A stretch of DNA of 64,000 nt from an uncultured Bacteriovoracaceae bacterium (GCA_964572865.1 CAZNGN010000009.1:4524-68523), one strand, 5' to 3'; positions 31,185-41,843 are shown, counted from the stretch's first letter. The notes: generated by a model not told the origin, from the letters alone. Numbers and translations: made by a program.

Positions 31185-32291
31185 TTACCAAGAAGACTTC
31201 TTAAAACTCCAAATTGCAGCAGGAACACATATTAAATTTGAAAGTTGCATCGATAGCAATGGATTCATAATGTGTTTCTCTGAAAGAGTCTGACCAATTA
31301 CATGTAATGCCCAATAAACAATCACAACGCCAAACGCTACGAAAACTGCGTATGATTTTGCGCTTCTATTTTTAACAATTCCCAATCCAATGCCTAATAG
31401 TCCAAAAATTAATGGCGTTAAGGACAATGCCCAACGTTTGGCATATTCAATTTTAAATTCCATTACCTTATCAGTTTCTTTTTCTAATTCACGTATTCGT
31501 GCTCGTAATCTAGGCGTTTCTAAAGTTTTGGGATACGCGATATCTCCTGTTGCACTTTCTTCGATTTTCAAAAGCGTTTTGTATTCTGAAAAATCGATCT
31601 TTTCATAAGCATCACGTTGCAAGTTTGATCTATGAATGGCTCCATTTTTTAAACGTAAAATAGTCGCTGTTGAAAATTCGTTATCAGTTTTAACTGGATT
31701 TAATTCCCCATCTTTTGCCATTATCGTATTTGGATTTTTTGGGTCTCGCTCATCATAAATAAAAACACCTATTAGCTTGTTTTGATCATTATCCACTTTA
31801 TCTGCGTAAACTAATAAATCAAAAAAACCTTCTGTAAAAGTACCTTCATGTAGGTTTGCTACTGCTTTGGTACTACCAATACGAATCAACGTTCTTTTGA
31901 ATTGATAGTTTCCCCAAGGAATAAAAAAATTGGTTAAGTAAAAAATAAAACCCGCTACTAAAATAGATAAAACTGCTACAGGCACGTACATTTGAAAAAG
32001 GGATTGACCTGATGCTTTAAATGCAACCACTTCTGAGTCGGCAGAAAGTCTGCCGAAGCCAACTAAGATCGCTACTAAAAAACTGACTGGCAACACAACA
32101 GGTAAAAACGCTGCCGAAATATATACAACTAACTTTGCTAACACTCCAACCGATGCGCCGTGGTTAATAAAATAATCAGCCAAGCGAACAATTTGAAACA
32201 TTAAAATCACAAACATGAAAAAAACAAAACCACCAAAAAACGGTGTAAGAACTTCTAAAAATATATATCTGAAATTTTTATTAATAGGCAT
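31185..32291 (-). CDS. LPS export ABC permease LptF/LptG family
   Basis: YjgP/YjgQ architecture: 3 N-terminal TM helices, a periplasmic beta-jellyroll and 3 C-terminal TM helices. 368 aa. Confidence 0.75.
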   Translation of the reverse strand: MPINKNFRYIFLEVLTPFFGGFVFFMFVILMFQIVRLADYFINHGASVGVLAKLVVYISAAFLPVVLPVSFLVAILVGFGRLSADSEVVAFKASGQSLFQMYVPVAVLSILVAGFIFYLTNFFIPWGNYQFKRTLIRIGSTKAVANLHEGTFTEGFFDLLVYADKVDNDQNKLIGVFIYDERDPKNPNTIMAKDGELNPVKTDNEFSTATILRLKNGAIHRSNLQRDAYEKIDFSEYKTLLKIEESATGDIAYPKTLETPRLRARIRELEKETDKVMEFKIEYAKRWALSLTPLIFGLLGIGLGIVKNRSAKSYAVFVAFGVVIVYWALHVIGQTLSEKHIMNPLLSMQLSNLICVPAAIWSFKKSSW

Positions 32292-33678
32292 TGCGATTTA
32301 TAAAACCTTTGAAAACAGTCATAAATAAAATTTTTACATCAAATAAAATTGACCAATGTTTAATATAATAGAGATCGTATTCAATGCGCTTTTCTAATGA
32401 TGTATCGCCTCTCCAGCCATTGACTTGTGCCCAACCAGTGATGCCTGCTTTTACTTTGTGTTTGAGCATGTATTTTGGAATTTTTCCGCGCACCTCTTCA
32501 ACAACCCATGTGCGCTCAGGTCTTGGCCCTACAATGCTCATATCACCCATAAGTACATTAAAAAACTGAGGCACTTCATCTAATGATGTGGCACGAATGA
32601 TTTTACCAATCGCTGTAACACGATCGTCGTTTTTCTTGGTCATTAATTCAACATCACCTTTTTGATCCACTCGCATGGATCTAAATTTTAACATTCCAAA
32701 AGGTTTGCCATTTAAACTCATACGTTCTTGTTTATAAAATATGGGTCCTCGATCTGTGAGTTTAATCAAGAATGCAACCGCAATCATTACTGGTGAAAAA
32801 ATTAAAATTGAAATGAGTGCAACGCAAATATCGAAAATTCGTTTTAAGAAAAAATTAAATCCTGCGATGGGAGTTTCGTTTAACGCTACCATGGGTAGAC
32901 CGTCAAAATCTTCTAATTCGTATCCTACAGTAACGTAGTCATAAATATCTGGAATTAAAATTACATCGACTACATCTTCTTTAATTGCATTTAATACAGA
33001 TTCCATTTTTGCAGATTCGGCACGCGATAATGCGATCACAACTTTGTGAATATTTTTCGAGTGAACGATATCCGCAGTTTGCTCAAGCGATCCAATAACA
33101 GGTAACCCTTCTACTTCTTTAGAAGCGTTTGAGTCGGTGCGAATGAATCCTAAAAAATTTAAACCTAATTCTGGATGACGAGATAGACGTTTATAGGCTT
33201 GAGCACCGACGGTACCTGTTCCTACTACTATTACATTTTGAATGTTGTACCCTTTTGAGCGCAGACGTCTGATAAAGTTTCGCAAATTCACTCGAACAAA
33301 AACCAAAAGAAAAGCACTTAAGACTCCAAAGTATAAAAAGACACCACGTGAAAGTTTGTATGCAGAAATCAAATACGTCATTGAAATAAATACCATCAAA
33401 CTAAGCGCGTGAGCCCTCAAAACTCGATACGCTTCTACGGTGCGTCGCGAAATTCGTTGAGAAGAGTATAAATTCATTAATGAAAATATGCCGCCCCACA
33501 ATAAAATAATTACAATTGTATATGCCCAATACTGATCAAACTCAGGAATTGCGTTTGTCATCATCGAAAGTGGATACTCACGACGTAAATAATATGCTGC
33601 AATCCAGCATGCCGTTAGAATAATGGCATCTAAAAATCTAAGTAGCGGTCCGAATAAAGAATAATACTTTTTAAGCAT
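32281..33678 (-). CDS. Undecaprenyl-phosphate hexose-1-phosphate transferase (WbaP/WcaJ-like priming glycosyltransferase)
   Basis: C-terminal bacterial sugar transferase domain (KRIFDI...GPRPE) preceded by a multi-TM region and a Rossmann-like region. Confidence 0.85.
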   Translation of the reverse strand: MLKKYYSLFGPLLRFLDAIILTACWIAAYYLRREYPLSMMTNAIPEFDQYWAYTIVIILLWGGIFSLMNLYSSQRISRRTVEAYRVLRAHALSLMVFISMTYLISAYKLSRGVFLYFGVLSAFLLVFVRVNLRNFIRRLRSKGYNIQNVIVVGTGTVGAQAYKRLSRHPELGLNFLGFIRTDSNASKEVEGLPVIGSLEQTADIVHSKNIHKVVIALSRAESAKMESVLNAIKEDVVDVILIPDIYDYVTVGYELEDFDGLPMVALNETPIAGFNFFLKRIFDICVALISILIFSPVMIAVAFLIKLTDRGPIFYKQERMSLNGKPFGMLKFRSMRVDQKGDVELMTKKNDDRVTAIGKIIRATSLDEVPQFFNVLMGDMSIVGPRPERTWVVEEVRGKIPKYMLKHKVKAGITGWAQVNGWRGDTSLEKRIEYDLYYIKHWSILFDVKILFMTVFKGFINRNAY

Positions 33679-33686
33679 CGTTTTTT

Positions 33687-35282
33687 TTGGTACTCAATTC
33701 AATCACTATGAAACAAAACAAGAATAATGAATTTAGCTCGTTTTTGCGAGTACAAGTAAGTAAATTATCAACAAAAAATCCAAATGCCCATAGCCAATGT
33801 GCAGTTTTAGGCGTTTCTTCTGCAAGCGGAAAGAACAAAGACGGCGTAGCTTTGAAAAAAGGCTATGAAGATTTCAAAAGTCTTCTTGAACGGCTATCCA
33901 AAAATCATGAAATCACTTCTAAGTCTTCATGCTTAGTGCGCTTTTCAGGTCTTCGTCACTCTGATCACACTTTATTTTTTGGATTAGGAAAAGACAGACC
34001 CGGGATCAATGCAATCGGAGTAACTGAAAGATTGCGCAGAATCGGTGCTTCTGTATTTCACAAACTTCATGTTGAAAAAGTAAAGACTGCAAATATTTAT
34101 CTCGATTCATTTCTTTCAAAAGAGGCTGGCCTTGTCTGTGATCTTGAAACTGCGGCGTATGCATTCTCAGAAGGTATGGGATTAGCGGCTTACAGATTTG
34201 ATAAATATTTTTCTAAAAAATCTGAAAAACACGAAAGCCCTTCATATACTTTGATTGCAAAAGATCAAACTGAACTTTCTAAGTTTCAAAAAGGTGTTGA
34301 TCACGCTCACGCTATGTTGTTAGGTGCAGAAATTTGCAGAAACTTTAGCAATGAACCATCAAACGAATTGTATCCATCAGAATACGCTCGTCAGATCGAA
34401 GCATTATGTAAAATTCATGGATTAAAATTCACTGAGCTTGATGAAAAACAATGTGCAAAAGAAAAAATGGGATTGTTACTAGGCGTAGGACAAGGTTCCG
34501 CAAATCCTCCACGTTTAATTTTAGCAGAATATAATCCTAAGAAAAAAGCAAAACGCACAATCGCTTTTGTTGGAAAAGGTATTACCTTTGACTCAGGCGG
34601 TATTTCAATAAAACCATCTGCAAAAATGGAAGATATGAAACACGATATGAGTGGATCTGCTTCTGTAATTGGTGCAGTAGTGGCGTGTGCAAAACTTCAA
34701 TTACCAATTCGTGTGATTGCAGTAGTAGCCGCAGCAGAAAATATGCCTGACGGCAAAGCTATTTGTCCTGGAAATATTTTACGAGCTCGCAATGGTAAAA
34801 CTGTAGAAGTAACTAATACAGATGCTGAAGGTCGTTTAGTTTTAGCTGATGCTCTTGATTATGTTCAAGACATGAAACCTGACTATATCATCGACCTTGC
34901 TACTTTAACTGGAGCTGCCGGTATCACATTAGGCAAAGCTTGTTCTGGCCTTATGGGAAATCACGAGGGCTACAATAAAATGTTAAAAGAAGCTGCACGT
35001 TTAAGTGGTGAACGCGTTTGGGAACTACCATTGTTTGACGAATACTTTGATGATTTGAAATCAGATTACGCAGACATGCGCAATTCAGGAGACGCTCCAT
35101 TAAATGGAACCGCAAAGGGTGCCATGTTCTTACAACAATTCATTCGTGAAAACACAAAATGGATTCACTTAGACATAGCATATGTAGCAAATGCAGTTCC
35201 GCACATTCCGTATTATCCTAAAAAATCAGCAACAGGATATGGTGTGCGCTTACTTGTGAATCTTGCAAACGTGGTAAAATAA
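33687..35282 (+). CDS. pepA: Leucyl aminopeptidase (M17)
   Basis: NTDAEGRL motif and VGKGITFDSGG. Confidence 0.9.
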   Translation: MVLNSITMKQNKNNEFSSFLRVQVSKLSTKNPNAHSQCAVLGVSSASGKNKDGVALKKGYEDFKSLLERLSKNHEITSKSSCLVRFSGLRHSDHTLFFGLGKDRPGINAIGVTERLRRIGASVFHKLHVEKVKTANIYLDSFLSKEAGLVCDLETAAYAFSEGMGLAAYRFDKYFSKKSEKHESPSYTLIAKDQTELSKFQKGVDHAHAMLLGAEICRNFSNEPSNELYPSEYARQIEALCKIHGLKFTELDEKQCAKEKMGLLLGVGQGSANPPRLILAEYNPKKKAKRTIAFVGKGITFDSGGISIKPSAKMEDMKHDMSGSASVIGAVVACAKLQLPIRVIAVVAAAENMPDGKAICPGNILRARNGKTVEVTNTDAEGRLVLADALDYVQDMKPDYIIDLATLTGAAGITLGKACSGLMGNHEGYNKMLKEAARLSGERVWELPLFDEYFDDLKSDYADMRNSGDAPLNGTAKGAMFLQQFIRENTKWIHLDIAYVANAVPHIPYYPKKSATGYGVRLLVNLANVVK

Positions 35283-35301
35283 TTTTTTGGAGTATTAAAA
35301 A

Positions 35302-36597
35302 ATGAATCGCTTTTACATTGAAAACGCTTCTCAATTTGAAGGTAAAACTGTAACCATTGAAGGTTGGGTTTATAGCAAACGCTCTTCAGGTAAAATTAAA
35401 TTTTTACTTATGCGTGACGGCACAGGTCTCATGCAGGGGGTTCTTTTCAAAGGTGAGTGCGATGAAAAAGCCTTTGAAGATTTTGATAAGTTAACACAAG
35501 AATCTTCTGTGCGTGTTACAGGAACTTTACGCAAAGAACCGCGCTCTGCTGGTGGATATGAAATGGGTGTTCGCTCACTTGAAATCGTTCAAATTGCTGA
35601 ACCATATCCAATTTCTCCAAAAGAACACGGTGTAGAATTCTTGATGGAAAATCGCCACCTTTGGGTACGATCATCAAAACAACATGCGGCTTTACGAATC
35701 CGCTGGGAAATCATTAAATCAATTCGTGAGTTCTTTGATTCACAAGGATTTGTTTTATTTGATGCTCCCATTTTAACTCCTTCTTCTTGTGAAGGAACAT
35801 CGACATTATTTGAAACTCCATACTTTGACAGTAAAGCGTATTTAACTCAATCTGGTCAGTTGTACGGCGAAGTGGGTGCCATGGCATTTGGTAAGTGCTA
35901 TGTGTTTGGTCCAACATTTCGAGCAGAAAAATCTAAAACCAGAAAACACTTAACTGAATTCTGGATGGTTGAACCAGAAGTTGCTTTCAACAATTTAGAA
36001 GACAATATGAAATTAGGTGAAGAGTTTGTAAGCTTCATCGTTCAAAAAGTTTTAGAAAGACGTTCGGCAGAACTTAAGACTTTAGAACGTGATCTATCTA
36101 AGCTTGAAAAAATCAAAGCACCATTTCCACGCATTCAATACGACGAAGCAATTAAAGTGCTCGAGAAAAAAGGTGTGGGCGTGCCTTGGGGTGAAGACTT
36201 TGGCGCTCCTCAAGAAACTGCTCTGGGAGAAGCTTTTAACGGAATGCCAGTATGGATTCACAGATTTCCTGCACAAATCAAAGCATTCTACTTTAAGAAA
36301 GATCCGAATGATCCACGACTTGCACTTGGTTGTGATTTAATTGCTCCCGATGGATATGGCGAAGTGATCGGTGGAGGCCAACGCGAAGAAAGCTACGAAA
36401 CTTTAAAAGCTGCTGTTGAACATCACGGTTTACCAATGGCAGACTACCAATGGTATTTAGACTTACGTAAATATGGATCAGTACCTCACGCAGGATTTGG
36501 TTTAGGTGTGGAACGTACCGTTGCATGGCTTTGTGGTTTAGATCACGTTCGTGAAACGATTCCATTCCCACGAATGATCAATACATTACGCCCATAA
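35302..36597 (+). CDS. asnS: Asparagine--tRNA ligase
   Basis: Class IIb aaRS motifs FRAE and GFGLGVER, N-terminal OB domain. The 431-aa size is typical of AsnS. Confidence 0.85.
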   Translation: MNRFYIENASQFEGKTVTIEGWVYSKRSSGKIKFLLMRDGTGLMQGVLFKGECDEKAFEDFDKLTQESSVRVTGTLRKEPRSAGGYEMGVRSLEIVQIAEPYPISPKEHGVEFLMENRHLWVRSSKQHAALRIRWEIIKSIREFFDSQGFVLFDAPILTPSSCEGTSTLFETPYFDSKAYLTQSGQLYGEVGAMAFGKCYVFGPTFRAEKSKTRKHLTEFWMVEPEVAFNNLEDNMKLGEEFVSFIVQKVLERRSAELKTLERDLSKLEKIKAPFPRIQYDEAIKVLEKKGVGVPWGEDFGAPQETALGEAFNGMPVWIHRFPAQIKAFYFKKDPNDPRLALGCDLIAPDGYGEVIGGGQREESYETLKAAVEHHGLPMADYQWYLDLRKYGSVPHAGFGLGVERTVAWLCGLDHVRETIPFPRMINTLRP

Positions 36598-36616
36598 ACT
36601 TTGGAGTTCTTTATAC

Positions 36617-37108
36617 GTGTTGCTTGAGAGAAACTTTAAATTTCATTTGGTTTTAATCGAGCCGCTCATTCCACCCAATACAGGAAATGCAGGTAGACTT
36701 GCAGTTGCAACAGAGTCTACGCTTCATCTTGTTGGCCAACTTGGCTTTGACATTGACGACAAACAAGTTAGAAGAGCGGGCCTTGATTATTGGAAGCATG
36801 TAGATCTAATTCAACACAAAACATTTGAAGATTTTTTAAACTGGTTTGAGAAAAACGAACCAGGTGCGCCTTTTTATTTGTTCGACAACCTTCCTCATTT
36901 TGAGCCTAATTTTTTCGCTAAAAAAATTCCTTCACGTGCTGCTTTAGTATTTGGAAAAGAAACCTCAGGCATTCCAAAAGAAATTTTAGAGAAATACAAA
37001 TCTCAGATTGCAACCATTCCAATGTTTTCAGATAAAATTAGAAGTTTAAACCTTTCAAATACAATTTCAATTGCTCTCTATGAAGCAATTCGCCAACAAC
37101 TGAATTAA
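36617..37108 (+). CDS. trmL: tRNA (cytidine/uridine-2'-O)-methyltransferase TrmL (SpoU family)
   Basis: LVLIEPLIPPNTGNAGRL N-terminal SPOUT block. 163 aa. Confidence 0.75.
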   Translation: MLLERNFKFHLVLIEPLIPPNTGNAGRLAVATESTLHLVGQLGFDIDDKQVRRAGLDYWKHVDLIQHKTFEDFLNWFEKNEPGAPFYLFDNLPHFEPNFFAKKIPSRAALVFGKETSGIPKEILEKYKSQIATIPMFSDKIRSLNLSNTISIALYEAIRQQLN

Positions 37109-37154
37109 CCAACATGAATTGACTAGATCTGAAATTATAGACTAAATTCATTTC

Positions 37155-37508
37155 ATGTTTAATTTTGATATTGTTTTCATGCGTACGGTGGGACTTTTAT
37201 TTGTCTCGAATATTTTTATGACAATTGCTTGGTATGGACATCTTCGTTTTAAAACAGCACCCCTTTGGCTTGCGGTTTTAATGAGTTGGTTGATTGCTCT
37301 TCCAGAGTATTCAATGCAAGTTCCAGCAAATCGACTTGGCTATTTGACAGGGGCAATGAGTGCCTACCAGTTAAAAATTCTGCAAGAATGCATAACATTG
37401 GCTGTTTTTATGCTTTTTGCATGGGTGAGTTTAGGAGAATTGCCTCAGCCAAAGCACTATATATCTTTTGCACTTATTTTAGCTGCAGTTGCTGTTGCAT
37501 ATAAATGA
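37155..37508 (+). CDS. Small DMT-superfamily membrane protein (DUF486-like)
   Basis: 117 aa, 4 TM helices. Confidence 0.5.
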   Translation: MFNFDIVFMRTVGLLFVSNIFMTIAWYGHLRFKTAPLWLAVLMSWLIALPEYSMQVPANRLGYLTGAMSAYQLKILQECITLAVFMLFAWVSLGELPQPKHYISFALILAAVAVAYK

Positions 37509-37529
37509 GCTTTTGAGTAGTCTATTGTA

Positions 37530-38090
37530 GTGATGCGAAAACTTCTTGTTAGTGCATGCATTTTACTGATTTCAAATTTTTCGTCGGCCGACAGCACGCA
37601 TGAAGTGTTTGTAAGTTCAGCAACTGTCTCAGGCGCAACCAATAATACTTTTTATTCAGTTTCTCCCGGCTATAGCATGCGAATATTGCCGTGGATTCAA
37701 GCTTCGGCAAGTGTCACTCTAAACTCAAGCTCGTATATGTTCACAAGCGTTTCTAGCTTTCAATTAATGCTTGGTCCAACTTTTAATATTGCAGCCAATC
37801 CATTGGAAAATTCATTTTTCGTTTTCTCAGGTTTAGTAATTAAATCTGTTTCGGGAGAAGCAAATGGAACAACAGTTACTCCTGAAAATAGCTCTCCAGG
37901 AGCAACAGGAAGTTCGTCTTCAACTTCTGGTCCTAACAAAGATGATCCTTCTGGTGTTGGTTTTGGATTAATTGTAGGTAAACGTTTTTTAATTGCACCC
38001 GGTTTAACATTTAGACCTAGTATTGGTGTAATTGGTGCTGGAACTTTAGGTTACGTGATCAACGTAATGTCAGCCTCGTATTGTTTTTAA
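37530..38090 (+). CDS. Hypothetical secreted protein, possible OM beta-barrel
   Basis: Signal peptide, alternating beta pattern, C-terminal ...SYCF. Confidence 0.4.
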   Translation: MMRKLLVSACILLISNFSSADSTHEVFVSSATVSGATNNTFYSVSPGYSMRILPWIQASASVTLNSSSYMFTSVSSFQLMLGPTFNIAANPLENSFFVFSGLVIKSVSGEANGTTVTPENSSPGATGSSSSTSGPNKDDPSGVGFGLIVGKRFLIAPGLTFRPSIGVIGAGTLGYVINVMSASYCF

Positions 38091-38648
38091 TTGATTTAAT
38101 TCATCTGAAAATTCAGCAATCAAATGAGCAAACACGGCAGTTCTGTTCAATTTTTTCTGAAACACTTCTTGCAAGCTTTCAAAATACCAAATGAGATCTT
38201 CTTCTGAAGCATCTGATCGCTTCCAAGCATCTTTTCCAGAGTGTTTTAAATCGTGAACTAATTCTCTAATTTCGTGCAATTCTTCGCAAGCAATCACTAG
38301 CAAAGCTTCGAATGAACATTTTCCCACTTTTGAGATATATGCATTTCGAATATCTTTCCAGCTGGCGCCTTCTTGCGTTTCTGGATCTGAAAATGCAAAA
38401 ACCAAATCTGCAACTTTTTCTCCAAAGCGTGATTCTAATACTTTTTGTGTAACTTTTCCGTCAGCAATGGTGTCGTGAAGTACTGCAGCCATCGCTTGGT
38501 CTTCGGTTCCACCATATTGAAGCACCAATGCCGCAACAGTAAGTGGATGATAAATGTACGGATGAATTGTTCCCCGTTTTGCTTCACCACTATGATGAGT
38601 GATTGCAAAACTAATCGCTTTAGAAAATCTTCCGCTAACAGTTATCAT
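38070..38648 (-). CDS. HD-domain hydrolase resembling the (p)ppGpp hydrolase domain of RelA/SpoT (small alarmone hydrolase candidate)
   Basis: G(T)IHPYIYHPLTVA...AVLHDTIADG matches the SpoT HD block (HPL/VAV...LLHDVIED). 192 aa with no synthetase domain. Confidence 0.55.
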   Translation of the reverse strand: MITVSGRFSKAISFAITHHSGEAKRGTIHPYIYHPLTVAALVLQYGGTEDQAMAAVLHDTIADGKVTQKVLESRFGEKVADLVFAFSDPETQEGASWKDIRNAYISKVGKCSFEALLVIACEELHEIRELVHDLKHSGKDAWKRSDASEEDLIWYFESLQEVFQKKLNRTAVFAHLIAEFSDELNQLKTIRG

Positions 38649-38723
38649 TGTAGTATTTTGATTTATTTTTTCTTTTTTTCAATGGGATATAATAACGCTA
38701 CGCGCGCCCTGATATAAAGCAAA

Positions 38724-38754
38724 AGAGCCTTTGGAATTCGTTTCTAAAGGCTCC
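38724..38754 (-). terminator. Rho-independent terminator downstream of the 38794..39966 gene
   Basis: Stem GAGCCTTT/AAAGGCTC (8 bp) followed on the minus strand by TTTTGCTTT. Confidence 0.5.
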
Positions 38755-38793
38755 TTGGATTACTCATCCTGAGAAATTTCTTTAATTTAAATT

Positions 38794-39966
38794 TTAAAGA
38801 GTATTTTCAACTAAAGCTGTTAATTCATTTTTTAAGTTTTCACGAATTTCACTTTTTGTTGAATTGGTTTGATTGCGAATCGTTTTCATCGCTTTTCGAT
38901 TTAACATCGCATTTAAAACTAATTTCTTCTTTTGAATTCTAACTTTTACTTTAATGATATTTCCATTTTCATCTGCCATCACAACATTTGCTTTAAATGG
39001 TCCGACTTTTGTTTTATCGCTTTGGATTGTAAATTTTTCCAAATTTAAACCATTTATGTTCATACATCTAAGATTTGAAACCAGCTTTTCAGACTGAGTC
39101 TGAATCGAACCTGTTTGGAAGTCTATATTTGTTTCAACTTTTTGCTGAATCGGAAATGAAATCAATGATGGTAGTTTTGCAAAAATAAATTCTCCTGCAT
39201 GAACAACTGCCACACCACCGCTTGCAACCATTGTTAGAACAGCAGCAGAACCCGCTGTAACGGCGCTATATCCAATTACCACTGCAGAATACGCAGTTGC
39301 CATTGCTGTTTTTAACATTGTAAAGGCTGGCTTTACTACAAAGTCCCACACGATCGTTAAGCCTAATTCCGCTGTCTGTAATGTTATTTGTAATGGAACA
39401 GAAAGAGCGGTTGGTTCTAGTATTCCAATCACAGCATTTACCGGCATTTGAATAATTAAATAATATGCACCTTGAACTTGGGCCCATGCAACAATGCCGC
39501 TATATTTTAAAGCACCTACAGTTGCATTTTTTGAATTGTAATAACTTTCAGAAGCCAATTGAAAATTTGCTTTATATGACTTTGAAAATCGTTCTAATGA
39601 TTTCCATGGACGTTTATAAAAATTAAATCTTGTAGCTTTAAATTGTTCAACACCATTATTTACTGCTTCTACGTAATCATTATCATGATCTTCATTAACA
39701 ACAAGATCTGCAACATCGATTGCATCTTGTTTATACTTTTCAAGCGATCTTGAAAATGCGAAATCTTTGAATGCGTCTTTTGACATTTCGAGAGCTTTTT
39801 CCATTCCCAAAACCATAAACAGTGATTTGCCATCTACACTTCCTTTTAAGAAAACTTCTCCTACAGGACTAGTCTGTTTGCCTGTTGCTGGAGTGGCGTC
39901 TTGTGCGAATCCTTGATTTGAAAGTAAGCTAATTAAAAGCGTAATGATAACACCTACATTTTTCAT
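38794..39966 (-). CDS. Hypothetical secreted/membrane protein
   Basis: Signal peptide and a central long hydrophobic region. No family recognised. Confidence 0.45.
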   Translation of the reverse strand: MKNVGVIITLLISLLSNQGFAQDATPATGKQTSPVGEVFLKGSVDGKSLFMVLGMEKALEMSKDAFKDFAFSRSLEKYKQDAIDVADLVVNEDHDNDYVEAVNNGVEQFKATRFNFYKRPWKSLERFSKSYKANFQLASESYYNSKNATVGALKYSGIVAWAQVQGAYYLIIQMPVNAVIGILEPTALSVPLQITLQTAELGLTIVWDFVVKPAFTMLKTAMATAYSAVVIGYSAVTAGSAAVLTMVASGGVAVVHAGEFIFAKLPSLISFPIQQKVETNIDFQTGSIQTQSEKLVSNLRCMNINGLNLEKFTIQSDKTKVGPFKANVVMADENGNIIKVKVRIQKKKLVLNAMLNRKAMKTIRNQTNSTKSEIRENLKNELTALVENTL

Positions 39967-40165
39967 AAAACAATCCTTTCATGTTTAAAGTTGTAGGCAA
40001 TTTACTGAAAGCAGCTCTTAAACGCTATTGGTAAGGGTGACAGATTGTTGGATATACGTCACTAATGTTTAACATTCAGGAATAAATATTGCTTTTAATT
40101 CTTTCGTCAAAGTAGGCGAAGTAAATGGACTTTACCTCAATCTTAGTAGGAAGGAGGTGATTTTT

Positions 40166-40288
40166 ATGAAATGTAACACCAGTTACAAATCATATCGGTC
40201 ATTTACTAAAAAACTTAAGCGGTATTCTTGGATTTTCGATATCTTAGCAAGACTACTGTGTTTTTTGGTAAATAAATTAATCCATTAA
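40166..40288 (+). CDS. Candidate small protein (40 aa) with a basic N-terminus and hydrophobic C-terminal helix
   Basis: Perfect SD AGGAGGTGA 6-7 nt upstream of ATG. The ORF is MKCNTSYKSYRSFTKKLKRYSWIFDILARLLCFLVNKLIH. It lies in a 418-nt intergenic region and is too short for the ORF track. Confidence 0.3.
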   Translation: MKCNTSYKSYRSFTKKLKRYSWIFDILARLLCFLVNKLIH

Positions 40289-40384
40289 AGTAAGATGACC
40301 TTGGTGGGCTATGGGTACAGTTTTAACCGTTAGCTCTCATGGGATGAGAATTTGCCTGCTTTGGTGACCAACGTTCAAAAAAAA

Positions 40385-40846
40385 TTATTTCAAATCTTCT
40401 AAAATCTGATCAACATGACCTGGAACTTTGACGCCATAATACGCTTTTAAAATTTTGCCTTTTTCATCAATAATAAATGTAGAACGCTCAATTCCCATGT
40501 ACTTACGACCATACATAGATTTTTCTTTCCATACTCCATATTTTTCACACACAACACCCTTTTCATCTGAAAGCAATGAAAAATTCAATCCGTATTTCTT
40601 CTTAAATTTTTGATGACGTTCAACTGAATCTTTGCTCACACCAATCACCACTGCATCCACTTTACGAATTCTGTTCATTGAATCTTTAAAATCGCACGCT
40701 TCTTTTGTGCATCCAGGAGTATCATCTTTGGGATAAAAATAGAGAACTATTTTTTGACCTATAAAATCTTTTAAACTTACTTTTTCATTTTCGTCGTTCA
40801 ACAATGAAAAACTGGGTGCCTTTGCTTTTTCCTTTAACGTTGCCAT
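40385..40846 (-). CDS. bcp: Peroxiredoxin Bcp
   Basis: [11 protein letters not shown] peroxidatic Cys motif. 153 aa. Confidence 0.85.
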   Translation of the reverse strand: MATLKEKAKAPSFSLLNDENEKVSLKDFIGQKIVLYFYPKDDTPGCTKEACDFKDSMNRIRKVDAVVIGVSKDSVERHQKFKKKYGLNFSLLSDEKGVVCEKYGVWKEKSMYGRKYMGIERSTFIIDEKGKILKAYYGVKVPGHVDQILEDLK

Positions 40847-40864
40847 TTAACTCTCCTATTAAAA

Positions 40865-41785
40865 TTATTTATTATTTAAAATTTTGCGTTTTGCATTGGG
40901 AAGAAAAAATTTCATTCCATCTACTAAACCACGAATGCCTTTGATTGCAATTTCTGGATCTTTATTTTTAATTGCTTTAGATAATACATATCCAAAACCA
41001 TAAGCACCGAAAATGGGAACACCCAATTTATTCATATGGTTGCTGTTCAATAATCCTTGATTTCGCATCATCCAATATGTGTGTGCAGCTTTCTGATTTA
41101 CACGATTTCCACCACTTGGTTCTTGTAAATGAATCAATGAAATTTCTGGATGATATTCTATTTTCACTCCCATTTGTTTTAAACGAATGGCAAGGTCAAC
41201 TCCTTCAAAGTAAGCATTACCTGTAAAAGCCGTGTTGAATCCTCCGCAATCTTTTAAAGCTACCGTTGGTGCTGAAAAATTACATTCGTGAAAATGATCT
41301 ACTTCAAACGGTTCCGTTCCAATAAAGTTTCCCCAAACTAATCCTAACAAATGCGAATACGAAGCTCTTTGGCCCATGGCCTGCATTTGCTCTTCACTTA
41401 AATTATCTTTCGGTTGAACCACTCGACCTGCAATTACTGCATTTGAATTTGCAACTGTAGCATTAAAATGTTTTTGAATAAAATCAGGTTCTAATCTCAC
41501 GTCATCATCTATAAAAAGACAGTATTGAGAGGTGGTTTTAAAGATTGCGTAGTTTCGTCCACCCGTTGAACCAAGTGGCAGTGTTTTTTCATGATGGATT
41601 TCAATCTGGGGAGAGTGTTTAGCAAGATTATCTAAATGATTTTGATTTTGATCGATAATCCAAATATCAAAATCATGAAAAGTTTGTGAATTTAGGTCAT
41701 CAATGGTTTGACGCACACATTCGTCACGACCAAGGGTTGGAATAATTACTGAAAAATATCGATTCTTTGGGTTTGTAGTTTTCAT
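40865..41785 (-). CDS. Glycosyltransferase family 2
   Basis: FSVIIPTLGR and FIDDDV (DxD). Confidence 0.7.
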   Translation of the reverse strand: MKTTNPKNRYFSVIIPTLGRDECVRQTIDDLNSQTFHDFDIWIIDQNQNHLDNLAKHSPQIEIHHEKTLPLGSTGGRNYAIFKTTSQYCLFIDDDVRLEPDFIQKHFNATVANSNAVIAGRVVQPKDNLSEEQMQAMGQRASYSHLLGLVWGNFIGTEPFEVDHFHECNFSAPTVALKDCGGFNTAFTGNAYFEGVDLAIRLKQMGVKIEYHPEISLIHLQEPSGGNRVNQKAAHTYWMMRNQGLLNSNHMNKLGVPIFGAYGFGYVLSKAIKNKDPEIAIKGIRGLVDGMKFFLPNAKRKILNNK

Positions 41786-41800
41786 TGATACTCTACAAAT

Positions 41801-41843
41801 AAAAAAAGGCCGGGTAGACCAAAAAGTCCGCCCGGCCTTTTCT
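41801..41843 (-). terminator. Rho-independent terminator after the HU-like gene
   Basis: GGCCGGG...CCCGGCC stem (AAAAAGGCCGGG / CCCGGCCTTTTC) with a T-run on the minus strand and an A-run on the plus strand. Confidence 0.7.

Noticed and set aside
40289-40384. Possible structured ncRNA or terminator between the small ORF and the bcp 3' end
   Set aside because: Only near-palindromic fragments (TTGGTGACCAA) are present. They lack a stable stem-loop followed by a T-run on either strand, so no convincing fold was found.
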